From IMG/VR virus record IMGVR_UViG_3300002835_000064: DNA of 31,107 nt. One strand, given 5' to 3'. Of the stretch, positions 8,720 to 17,530 are shown in pieces; position 1 is the stretch's first letter, and the number at the start of each line of letters is the position of its first letter. Both the position numbers and the translations under genes were made by a program. The notes under the pieces were generated by a model. The model did no database searches, was not told the origin of the DNA, and saw only the letters and a list, made by a program, of their open reading frames with translations. The DNA comes from a virus (lineage: Duplodnaviria > Heunggongvirae > Uroviricota > Caudoviricetes).

Positions 8720-11340
8720 GTGTTCGGAAAATAATACAGGGGGCTGGGGCGATATCGACTCCTGCTGCACCAGCGCCATTATATGTTGATGATGTTTTTT
8801 CGACTTATTTATACACCGGTGCTGCAGCATCACAAACCATCAATAATGGTATCAATTTAACTGGAATTTCTGCCGGTGGTACTATATTACATATAACTGG
8901 GAATACCCTTTTCGACTCAGCACCAAATGCAAATAAACTAAACGTATTCGGTAACGTAGCAGTTAATACAACAACTAAAATGTTTGGTACCGGCTCATTA
9001 TCGTTTGATGGGGCTGGAGACTATATAACTTCAGATTACAATAGTTCATTAAATGTAGGTAGTGGTAATTTTACTTTAGAATTTTGGATGTATATTAATG
9101 TTCTCCCAACAGCATGGAAGCGCGTTTTTTCGATTATGAATCCGGCTATCGCCGTCGCGGCAGATGAAGGTATCATTATTGAAATATCTAATACGAATAA
9201 ACTAGCGGTGGTGATTACTAGCGGTTCGACTGCTTATAATATAACCGACCCGACAATAGCTACTGCGACTACGTGGACCCATTGGGCTATGGTCAAATCA
9301 GGAACCACAATGACGTTATATCGGGGTGGAGTATCGGTCGGGTCAGTTACTATACCAGCCAATACTTCAGTAAATTTTAACTCAGCATTTCGGATGTATT
9401 TGGGCCGATGGCCAGGTGATACAGCCAGAGATTTTAATGGATATATTGATGATTTAAGGTTGGTCGTCGGAACTGCGAAATATACTGGTAATTTTACACC
9501 TCCAGTAACAGCATTACCATTAGATTCATTAGCTTCTGGTGGTGGATTGGTATGGGTAAAGGCTAGAACTGTTGGTGGTGATAACTTATTAGTCGATAAT
9601 ATACGAGGGGCAAATAACGTATTGATAAGTTCATCGACTGGTGCTGAGATTGCAAACTACGCATCAATTACTTCATTAACCACTAGTGGATTTACATTAG
9701 ATAGTACTAACAATAGTAATTATAATGGGAATATTCTTCCTTATGTTTCGTGGTCTTTCCGCAAAGCACCTAAGTTTTTTGATACGGTTACGTATACTGG
9801 AGATGGAACTACTGGTAGACTAATTAGCCATTCACTCGGGATTAATCCCGGTATGATTATTATTAAAAGCACATCGACTACGGGAGATTGGCTTGTAGCT
9901 CACCGGTCTTACGGCGGACTTTCGGGAGAGGTAGCCGGCTATAACTTAACACTTAATACGAATGTGGGTGGAGGTAGTTGGCTTATCAGTAATACCGGGA
10001 TCCCAGCGTCACCTAGCACCGTATTCAAAGTAGATAATCTAGGTGCAAATAACACTGGAACAACCTACGTAGCCTACCTATTTGCGCACGATACATCTAG
10101 CACTGGGTTAATACAGTGCGGATCTTATACTACTGACGCTAGCGGTATAGCATCGGTTAATTTAGGTTGGGAACCGCAATTTTTAATTTCTAAATCTGCT
10201 ACTGGGACATCAAATTGGTGGATTGGTGATATAATGCGAGGTATGACGGCAGATAAATCAACCACATACTTATCAGCAAACACATCCAACGCTGAAGCGA
10301 CGAGTACGCTGTACGGCGTTACAAGTTCCGGGTTTAATGCGGCAGCTCAAAATGCATCACAAACATATATGTTCGTAGCTATCCGTAGATCAACCAAACC
10401 ACCAACTAGTGGTAATAATGTTTTTAGTGCTCAGTCTTATACTGGAACTAGTACCGCTAGATCATTTACTGGTATTGGGTTTTCGCCGGATATGATATAT
10501 TATAGAGATAAGGCATTAGACTGGGGTTCTGGTGTAGGTGATCGATTACGTGGGAGCACTAATTTAAGTTTTGAAAATGATGGTGCTGAGTATTCATCGA
10601 ATACAACATATACATCATTCGATATTGATGGATTTAGTATTGGAACTGGATTAAATGCATTTTTTAATTGGGGTTCTCATATAGGATCTGGATGTAATTT
10701 TAAACGGGCTACTGGTTTTTTTGATATAGTGTGTTATACCGGAACTGGTACTGGAGTGAATCAATTACACAACTTAGGTGTTATACCCGAATTATGTATA
10801 TTTAAAACGAGGAGTGTAGTTGGTGATTGGGTCGTTTTAATTCGGAAATCCGACGGTAATTATATATACGGTAGTACGTTGGTTGCTGATAAATTTGCTT
10901 TAAATTCAGTAAATCCATTAACTTTTACATCCAGTGCGTCGGGACTCGGATTAACAGCATCAAACTTTACTACATTATCGCTATATAATACTTTAAACGC
11001 CAAATACATTGCGTATTTTTTCTCATCTTTAGCTGGTATTAGTAAAGTTGGTTCGTATTTAGGTAACGGTTCAACTCAAACTATTAATTGTGGTTTTGCT
11101 GCTGGTGCTCGATTTATTATTATAAAATGCGCTAGTTCCGCAGGCGATTGGTACTCTTGGGATTATAGTAGAGGTATTATTGGAGCGAATGATCCGCATA
11201 TGTCATTAAATTCTACGGCTGCCGAAATCACGACTGATGATTCAATCGACCCGGATAATTCCGGATTTATAGTAAACCAAGTCGCTGCGACTAATATTAA
11301 TGTTACTTCAGCGACTTACGTTTATTTAGCTATATCATAG
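8716..11340 (+). CDS. Tail tip / receptor-binding protein with a LamG (ConA-like lectin) domain and YTG-type repeats (874 aa)
   Basis: LamG signature: SLSFDGAGDY...NFTLEFW...WTHWAMVKSGTTMTLYRGG...FNGYIDDLR. Repeated F(D/S)xxxYTG...HxLGxxP...IxK units. ATGA overlap with the upstream gene. Confidence 0.75.
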   Translation: MSVRKIIQGAGAISTPAAPAPLYVDDVFSTYLYTGAAASQTINNGINLTGISAGGTILHITGNTLFDSAPNANKLNVFGNVAVNTTTKMFGTGSLSFDGAGDYITSDYNSSLNVGSGNFTLEFWMYINVLPTAWKRVFSIMNPAIAVAADEGIIIEISNTNKLAVVITSGSTAYNITDPTIATATTWTHWAMVKSGTTMTLYRGGVSVGSVTIPANTSVNFNSAFRMYLGRWPGDTARDFNGYIDDLRLVVGTAKYTGNFTPPVTALPLDSLASGGGLVWVKARTVGGDNLLVDNIRGANNVLISSSTGAEIANYASITSLTTSGFTLDSTNNSNYNGNILPYVSWSFRKAPKFFDTVTYTGDGTTGRLISHSLGINPGMIIIKSTSTTGDWLVAHRSYGGLSGEVAGYNLTLNTNVGGGSWLISNTGIPASPSTVFKVDNLGANNTGTTYVAYLFAHDTSSTGLIQCGSYTTDASGIASVNLGWEPQFLISKSATGTSNWWIGDIMRGMTADKSTTYLSANTSNAEATSTLYGVTSSGFNAAAQNASQTYMFVAIRRSTKPPTSGNNVFSAQSYTGTSTARSFTGIGFSPDMIYYRDKALDWGSGVGDRLRGSTNLSFENDGAEYSSNTTYTSFDIDGFSIGTGLNAFFNWGSHIGSGCNFKRATGFFDIVCYTGTGTGVNQLHNLGVIPELCIFKTRSVVGDWVVLIRKSDGNYIYGSTLVADKFALNSVNPLTFTSSASGLGLTASNFTTLSLYNTLNAKYIAYFFSSLAGISKVGSYLGNGSTQTINCGFAAGARFIIIKCASSAGDWYSWDYSRGIIGANDPHMSLNSTAAEITTDDSIDPDNSGFIVNQVAATNINVTSATYVYLAIS

Positions 11341-11347
11341 GATAAAT

Positions 11348-11833
11348 ATGGAAATTTTATTAAAAGATACAAACCAAATCGTTACGGATATTGAATTTCG
11401 CAATATGTATCCGAATACCAGTTTCCCCCAAGTTTTAGTGCCTGATATTCTTGATGATTTTAATGCAGTTACTATTATGGAAGGGGCTCCGGTTACTCCG
11501 ACCTCACCATATGAATATAGCCAACGGCAAGGTATCGAAGAAATTAACGGTAAATGGTTTACTAAATATGTATTGGGGCCTATATTTACAGATAATGAAT
11601 ATCAAACGGCGGACGAACAGTTAATCGCATATAAAACTAAAATTGATAATGACTGGGCAGCCCAAGTCCGAGCTAATCGTGATAGATTATTAAAAGATTC
11701 AGATTGGACGCAAATCGCTGACGTCCCGGTCTATAAAACAGCTTGGGCTAATTACAGACAAGAATTGCGAGATATTACATTACAGGAATCTTTTCCTTTT
11801 GATATTATTTGGCCAGAAAAACCAACATCTTAA
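11348..11833 (+). CDS. Phage tail fibre assembly chaperone-like protein (161 aa)
   Basis: C-terminus VRANRDRLLKDSDWTQIADVP...AWANYRQELRDITLQESFPFDIIWPEKP is the typical Phage_tail_APC-type motif. It directly follows a tip gene and has an AGGA ribosome-binding site. Confidence 0.85.
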   Translation: MEILLKDTNQIVTDIEFRNMYPNTSFPQVLVPDILDDFNAVTIMEGAPVTPTSPYEYSQRQGIEEINGKWFTKYVLGPIFTDNEYQTADEQLIAYKTKIDNDWAAQVRANRDRLLKDSDWTQIADVPVYKTAWANYRQELRDITLQESFPFDIIWPEKPTS

Positions 11834-11838
11834 TCCCC

Positions 11839-11846
11839 AATAAATA
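11839..11846 (+). promoter_or_regulatory. Putative T4-type late promoter AATAAATA
   Basis: NATAAATA lies in the intergenic gap 81 nt upstream of the 11927 start and overlaps a 12-bp palindrome AATAGTACTATT (11843-11854). Confidence 0.5.
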
Positions 11847-11926
11847 GTACTATTGAGATTCAACAGAGAAAAATTAAAAATGTTCGCACAATTAAATGTA
11901 TTAGTTAAGTTGAAGGAAGTAAATTA

Positions 11927-14900
11927 ATGGCAAAAAATCTTTCATCCATTATGCGTATAGATACTACGGAAATGCTACAATCGCCGTTAAAAGGGTATCA
12001 AGTTTATACTACTGGTGGTCAAATATCAAAAGTATTAAATCCAACACTATCTAATTATTTACCAGATGGTATTAAAATAACAGAATCTAATACTATAGCT
12101 GGTGCTGGATTGCCGCATTATTTATCTTGGACTGCTTTAGCTAATAACGGAACAACATTTGTTGCGATATCATCCAATTCTAATATTGCAGCTTATAGTA
12201 TTGATGGTATTAATTGGACTCAATCGAATTTACCGGATTATGGAGGTTGGGGTTCGATTTGTCATAATGGTTCGGTATTTTTTGCAATAATGACGAATAG
12301 AAATATAGGAGCCTATAGTTCTGATGGTATTACTTGGACTAAAGTTATTATACCTGGGATTGCAGAAACGGTTGGTTATACTAATATCGTTGCCGTTGGT
12401 AGTAAATTAGTAGTATCCCGAGCTGGGCAGTCAGCTTATAGTATTAACAATGGTGTAACTTGGACTCAAAATATTAATTTAGGTTTATTAACTGGTGGTT
12501 TCTTTGTAAGCGTAGCACATAATGGTTCGTATTATTTAGCAATTACTAATTCGGGTGGTGGTGCTGTGACTTCACCAGATGGTATTAATTGGACCCAACG
12601 CAGTTTACCATTTTCTAGTACTGGTAGTCATAAAGTAATCTCATTTAATTCTAAATTTTGTGTTTTTAATAGTGGAACTCCAACGACAGTAGCAGAATGG
12701 AATGTTGCAGTTTCGAATGATGGTATTAATTGGGCTGGTGTTGTATTACCGTATAAACTAACTGGTCGGTATTTTATAGCAGCAACAAAAAATGGAACTT
12801 TATGTGCGATAGCCAGCAATACTAATATTATCATGACATCATCGGATGGGCTTAATTGGACTGAACAAGCTGCATTACCCGTTTCCGCTAATTGGCAAGG
12901 AATTACTCAAAATACTTCGATTTTTTGTGCGGTTGCATATAATTCAAATATTGCAATTACTTCGACCGATGGTATTACTTGGACTCAAAGAACTTTGCCT
13001 GCTACTGCAAATTGGTGGGCATTAGCATGGAATGGATCTGTATTTTGTGCAGTTGCATATAATTCAAATATAGCAGCTACTTCGCCCGATGGTATTACTT
13101 GGACTCAAAGAACTTTGCCAGCAACCGCGAATTGGCGAGCATTAGCATGGAATGGATCTGTATTTTGTGCGATATCGACGACCTCAGTAATAACAGCAAC
13201 GTCAGCTGATGGTATTACTTGGACTCAAAGAACGATCCCGTATTATGCGCAATGGTATGATATAGTAGCTGCTGGTTCTACGTTTTGTACCATTGGTACT
13301 ACGTCTCCTATTAGTATATCAGCTATTAGCACAAATGGAATAAATTGGACTACTTCATCGAATGTAACTGAATTAAATCACGCGGTAAATCATTCGACGT
13401 TAGCCAGTAATTCTTCGATTTATGCTATTTTAGATTCTAATTCACCGACTGGTCAATATTCATCGGATGGATTAAATTGGACCGTAACTACATCATTACC
13501 GTCTGTTACTACAACTTATGGCTGGGTTGGTATGGCTTGGAATGGTTCAGTTTTTTGTGCGATTGCAACTGGTGGGACTGTAGCAGCTACTTCGCCTGAT
13601 GGTATTACTTGGACTCAGCGGACTTTGCCGGCGACGGCTAATTGGCAAGCTATTACATGGAATGGTTCGGTTTTTTGCGCGATTGCGTCGTCGACTACTA
13701 TAGCTGCAACATCACCTGATGGTATTACTTGGACTCAAAGAGCAATGCCAGTTTCTACTACGTGGTGGACTATCGTTTCTGGTGGGTCATTAATAGTTGC
13801 TATTTCCAACTCTACAAGTATAGCAGCGACTTCGACGGATAATGGTGCAACTTGGACTCAAAGAACATTATCATCATCTTCGAATTGGGCTTATATTGCA
13901 TGGAACGGAACTGTTTTTTGTGCGGTTGCTGCTGGGACTGCTATAGCTACGACATCACCAGATGGTATTACTTGGACTCAAAGAGCATTACCGGTATCGA
14001 CTTCCTGGCAATCCATAGCATGGAACGGAACTGTATTTTGTACAATTTCTGGTAATACTACGATAGCAGCTACATCACCAGATGGTATAAATTGGACTCA
14101 GCGCGTATTACCGATATCAGCCAATTGGGGAAGAATAATATCAAAAGGTAGCCATTTTTTATGCGTAAGTGATACTAATATCGCAGCTATTTCACAGGAT
14201 AATGGAATCACTTGGATGAGACGGGTTCCTGATATTGCGACTGCATTTAAGGGATCTAGCAATGGTGTTTTTGCGGCAGTCCCAATGTCGGGTAATTCAA
14301 CTTACATGTATAAAACTGATGGTTCATATTGGCAAAAATCATTATTATCCGGTAGTGTTAATTGGCCGGCGACTGCCTGGAATAATACAAAATTCGTAGC
14401 TACTAATACGAGTGGTATGTCGAGTAATGTTTCATATAATGGCTCTATTTGGTTTGCTGCCGGATTAAGAGGAACATCTATGGTCGATATAGTATACGGT
14501 GGATCATTATTTTGTGCAGTAAATAATTCTAGTACTTTTTATATTTCACCAGATGGTGTAAATTGGACGACAGTAGCTACTTACGCTGGGGCTACTGCTA
14601 TTACATGGAATGGTTCTATATTTTGTGCAATAGAAACAAATAACAGTCGAGTTCAAACATCAACTGATGGGTTAACGTGGATATTACGAGCCTTACCTAC
14701 TTCTACAGCATGGATTGATATCACAACGAATAATTCATTATTCGTTACTATTGCTTATGGTACTAATATCGCCGCTTCTTCAGTTGATGGTATTATTTGG
14801 ACTCAAAGAACTTTACCTACGACTACCAATTGGCAAGCAATAGCGTTCGGTGGATCAACTTTCTGCACTATTTCGAAAGATACGAATATAGCCGCCACAT

Positions 14901-16450
14901 CGACTGATGGTGCTACTTGGACTCAAAGAACTTTACCTGCAACTACTGCTTGGCGGGCTATTGCGTGGAATGGAACAGTCTTCTGCGCTATATCGTACGG
15001 TACGAATATAGCAGCAACCTCACCAGACGGGGCTACTTGGACTCAAAGAACATTACCAGCTACGGCTAATTGGTTTTCTATTGCTTGGAATGGGACGAGA
15101 TTTAGTATTATTTCTGCTGATTCTAATGTTGCAGCTTATTCAACGGATGGTATTACTTGGACTTTAGCTTCCGGATTTACTGGCGGTGGTACTGCTATCG
15201 CATGGGGTAATAATACTTTTTGTTCGGTGTTTAATAGTAATGGATCGGCGGTTTCATCGGATGGGATTACTTGGAATTTACAATACGGTGCAAATGCTGG
15301 TTACGCAGGTAGTTCAATAACAGCTCAAGGTTCAAAATTCATTGTTGTTGGTGGTAGTGGTGTAGTTAGCTTATCAACTGATGGGGCGTCTTGGATCGGA
15401 AAAGGGGGTGCATGTACTACATTATCTGATGTTAGTGCGACTGATAATACTGTAGTTGCTTTAACTACTACTGCGGCATATAACACCGGAATGTATAGTT
15501 CGGATAATGGTAATACTTGGAAAATGTTTGGTAATCCGACTGTTTATACAAAAATAGCTAGAAGTCCATCGTTATATTGCTTGGTCTTTAGTATTTATAA
15601 TTCAGTATTTACATCACCTGATGGTATTACTTGGACTCAATATCCATTACCGGTTCTTGGAGTTAATGCTTATAACTGGTATGGTTTTTGTTACGGTAAT
15701 GGTTTATTTGTATTAACTGCTCAAAATAGTAATATATTATTAACATCACCCGACGGTATTAATTGGACGTTAAGAGCATTACCAGTATCATCATCATTTA
15801 TTGAAATAACATGGAATGGCTCGGTGTTTATTGGTGTTAGTGCGACTACCGGTATTGGTATTATCCGATCGACTGATGGTATTAATTGGACTAGACATTT
15901 AATTGGATGTGCGTTTGCCTTTAATGATGTAGCGTGGAACGGAACAACCTTTTGTTTAATTTCAAGTTCTGCTGGATTAATCGCATATACATCTACGGAT
16001 GGTATTAATTGGGTTATAAATTCACAAAAATCATCGTGGACTTGGTCTCGAATCGCAGCCAATAATAGTATTTTTGTAGTTGGGGGTGGTAATTTAGTTG
16101 ATGCGATATATACATCGCCAGACGGTATTAACTGGACTAAACGATCGATTCCTAAAGGATTTACCGTAACGCGATTAGTTTATGATGGTACTATGTTTAT
16201 CGCTAGTAATAGTAGTTCGACGGTTTCAACTCATATGTCATTATTAACTTCACTAGATGGTATTACTTGGACTGAACGATTATTACCGACCGCAGGAAAT
16301 TGGATAGTTAATGCGGTAGATACAGTGGCAAAAGAATCATTATGTTGGTGTTTGACTAGCGGTGATTTAATTAAAGTATCATTAGACCCAACTACATTAG
16401 AAATACCGCCGGTTATCGATGCCGGATTAATAGATTTAATCATAAGGTAA
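11927..16450 (+). CDS. Asp-box (BNR-like) multi-repeat protein, probable stacked beta-propeller virion/adhesion protein (1507 aa)
   Basis: I counted 34 S-x-D-(N)-G-x-x-W-type motifs at about 40-aa spacing (e.g. AATSPDGITWTQRTLPATANWQAITWNGSVFCAIA). AAGGAAG ribosome-binding site. No signal peptide visible. Confidence 0.75.
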   Translation: MAKNLSSIMRIDTTEMLQSPLKGYQVYTTGGQISKVLNPTLSNYLPDGIKITESNTIAGAGLPHYLSWTALANNGTTFVAISSNSNIAAYSIDGINWTQSNLPDYGGWGSICHNGSVFFAIMTNRNIGAYSSDGITWTKVIIPGIAETVGYTNIVAVGSKLVVSRAGQSAYSINNGVTWTQNINLGLLTGGFFVSVAHNGSYYLAITNSGGGAVTSPDGINWTQRSLPFSSTGSHKVISFNSKFCVFNSGTPTTVAEWNVAVSNDGINWAGVVLPYKLTGRYFIAATKNGTLCAIASNTNIIMTSSDGLNWTEQAALPVSANWQGITQNTSIFCAVAYNSNIAITSTDGITWTQRTLPATANWWALAWNGSVFCAVAYNSNIAATSPDGITWTQRTLPATANWRALAWNGSVFCAISTTSVITATSADGITWTQRTIPYYAQWYDIVAAGSTFCTIGTTSPISISAISTNGINWTTSSNVTELNHAVNHSTLASNSSIYAILDSNSPTGQYSSDGLNWTVTTSLPSVTTTYGWVGMAWNGSVFCAIATGGTVAATSPDGITWTQRTLPATANWQAITWNGSVFCAIASSTTIAATSPDGITWTQRAMPVSTTWWTIVSGGSLIVAISNSTSIAATSTDNGATWTQRTLSSSSNWAYIAWNGTVFCAVAAGTAIATTSPDGITWTQRALPVSTSWQSIAWNGTVFCTISGNTTIAATSPDGINWTQRVLPISANWGRIISKGSHFLCVSDTNIAAISQDNGITWMRRVPDIATAFKGSSNGVFAAVPMSGNSTYMYKTDGSYWQKSLLSGSVNWPATAWNNTKFVATNTSGMSSNVSYNGSIWFAAGLRGTSMVDIVYGGSLFCAVNNSSTFYISPDGVNWTTVATYAGATAITWNGSIFCAIETNNSRVQTSTDGLTWILRALPTSTAWIDITTNNSLFVTIAYGTNIAASSVDGIIWTQRTLPTTTNWQAIAFGGSTFCTISKDTNIAATSTDGATWTQRTLPATTAWRAIAWNGTVFCAISYGTNIAATSPDGATWTQRTLPATANWFSIAWNGTRFSIISADSNVAAYSTDGITWTLASGFTGGGTAIAWGNNTFCSVFNSNGSAVSSDGITWNLQYGANAGYAGSSITAQGSKFIVVGGSGVVSLSTDGASWIGKGGACTTLSDVSATDNTVVALTTTAAYNTGMYSSDNGNTWKMFGNPTVYTKIARSPSLYCLVFSIYNSVFTSPDGITWTQYPLPVLGVNAYNWYGFCYGNGLFVLTAQNSNILLTSPDGINWTLRALPVSSSFIEITWNGSVFIGVSATTGIGIIRSTDGINWTRHLIGCAFAFNDVAWNGTTFCLISSSAGLIAYTSTDGINWVINSQKSSWTWSRIAANNSIFVVGGGNLVDAIYTSPDGINWTKRSIPKGFTVTRLVYDGTMFIASNSSSTVSTHMSLLTSLDGITWTERLLPTAGNWIVNAVDTVAKESLCWCLTSGDLIKVSLDPTTLEIPPVIDAGLIDLIIR
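12923..13235 (+). repeat. Near-identical 120-bp tandem repeats inside the Asp-box gene
   Basis: ttttgtgc at 12923/13043/13163 and gatggtattacttggactcaaagaac at 12968/13088/13208 give an exact 120-bp period. The repeats are in frame and protein coding. Confidence 0.9.
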
Positions 16451-16456
16451 ATAAGT

Positions 16457-16684
16457 ATGAATGATAGAATAGAATTTTTTTCAAATGGTATTGGCGTTGA
16501 TCAAATCGAAAATAATACCAATGAACCATTGATTGGCTTTATAACTAAGGAAAACGAAGATGGTTCAGTTGATATTACTATAACTACAGTTGATGGTAAA
16601 GAAATAAATTTATTTACGATACCGTATTATACGACTAGTGACGATGCAGTATCATGTAACACTTCATATGCCGTTAAAATATAG
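16457..16684 (+). CDS. Hypothetical acidic protein (75 aa)
   Basis: Fills the gap between two clear genes on the same strand, 6 nt after the upstream stop. No recognised motif. Confidence 0.6.
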   Translation: MNDRIEFFSNGIGVDQIENNTNEPLIGFITKENEDGSVDITITTVDGKEINLFTIPYYTTSDDAVSCNTSYAVKI

Positions 16685-16686
16685 TA

Positions 16687-16694
16687 AATAAATA
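16687..16694 (+). promoter_or_regulatory. Putative late promoter AATAAATA
   Basis: Intergenic, 20 nt upstream of ATG 16714 and before its AAAGGA ribosome-binding site. Confidence 0.45.
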
Positions 16695-16713
16695 TAGCTT
16701 TAAAAGGATTAAT

Positions 16714-17115
16714 ATGACTAAAACATTATCTGATATTGTAAAAACCAATGATAGTATCACTAAAGAACTTATTGGTTTAGATAAAGTCAATAATACAAGT
16801 GACGCGGAAAAACCCATTTCTACGGCAACTGCATTGGCATTAGGCTATAAGCAATCTACCTTAATAAGCGGAACTAATATTAAATCGATTGGTGGATTAA
16901 GTATTTTAGGTGGTGGTAATTTAATATTAAGTGGTGATGTTGTAACTACTGGGAGTGGATCTACTTTAACTTTAAATTTAGTACCTACCGGCGTAACGCC
17001 AGGTTCTTATAATACAGTAACAGTTGATGCTAAAGGTCGAGTCATCACGGCAATGAATACAAAGACATTAACCACTAATAAAGCTATGGTAATGTCATTA
17101 ATTTTTGGATATTAG
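16714..17115 (+). CDS. Mini tail-fibre protein built from the same modules as the giant fibre (133 aa)
   Basis: IGLDKVNNTSDAEKPIS...KQSTLISGTNIKSIGGLSILGGG aligns with the giant fibre at about 6475-6640, followed by TGVTPGSYNTVTVDAKGRV. It ends in a hydrophobic tail KAMVMSLIFGY. Confidence 0.75.
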   Translation: MTKTLSDIVKTNDSITKELIGLDKVNNTSDAEKPISTATALALGYKQSTLISGTNIKSIGGLSILGGGNLILSGDVVTTGSGSTLTLNLVPTGVTPGSYNTVTVDAKGRVITAMNTKTLTTNKAMVMSLIFGY

Positions 17116-17124
17116 GAGCAATAA

Positions 17125-17520
17125 ATGGCGGCGCCAAATATAATGAATGCAAATGCGGTTTACGGTAAAACTGCATATTTAACACCTAGTGTAAATACGG
17201 CAGTGATTTTATTACCGAATCAACCCGGCAGTAATCAGGTATATAAAATCAATAGTATTACTGCAGCAAATTCTGATGGTATTAATGCAATCAATACTAC
17301 GATTTCAATATACTCTAATGGTGTTATTGCTCAAAATTCAGCTCCGCAAGGTGGTACGGCATTTCCGCTAGTCAGTACAGTATCAGTTCCGGCTAATGCA
17401 TCATTGATTGTTGTTGATAAATCAAATGCATTTTATTTAGAAGAAAATACATCAATTGCAGTTACTTCGGGTGCTGCTAATAAAATTACTTATATTGTTA
17501 GTTATGAATCAATAACATAA
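17125..17520 (+). CDS. Hypothetical beta-rich virion protein, possible fibre-tip adaptor (131 aa)
   Basis: GGAG ribosome-binding site. Starts MAAPNIMNANAVYGKT and has an alternating beta-strand pattern. It sits between the mini-fibre and the adhesin. The adaptor role is inference. Confidence 0.65.
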   Translation: MAAPNIMNANAVYGKTAYLTPSVNTAVILLPNQPGSNQVYKINSITAANSDGINAINTTISIYSNGVIAQNSAPQGGTAFPLVSTVSVPANASLIVVDKSNAFYLEENTSIAVTSGAANKITYIVSYESIT

Positions 17521-17530
17521 AAGGTATTAT

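Noticed and set aside
12923-15150. Regularly spaced repeats resembling a CRISPR array
   Set aside because: The units are 120 bp, in frame within a long ORF, similar along their whole length with no unique spacers, and there are no cas genes.
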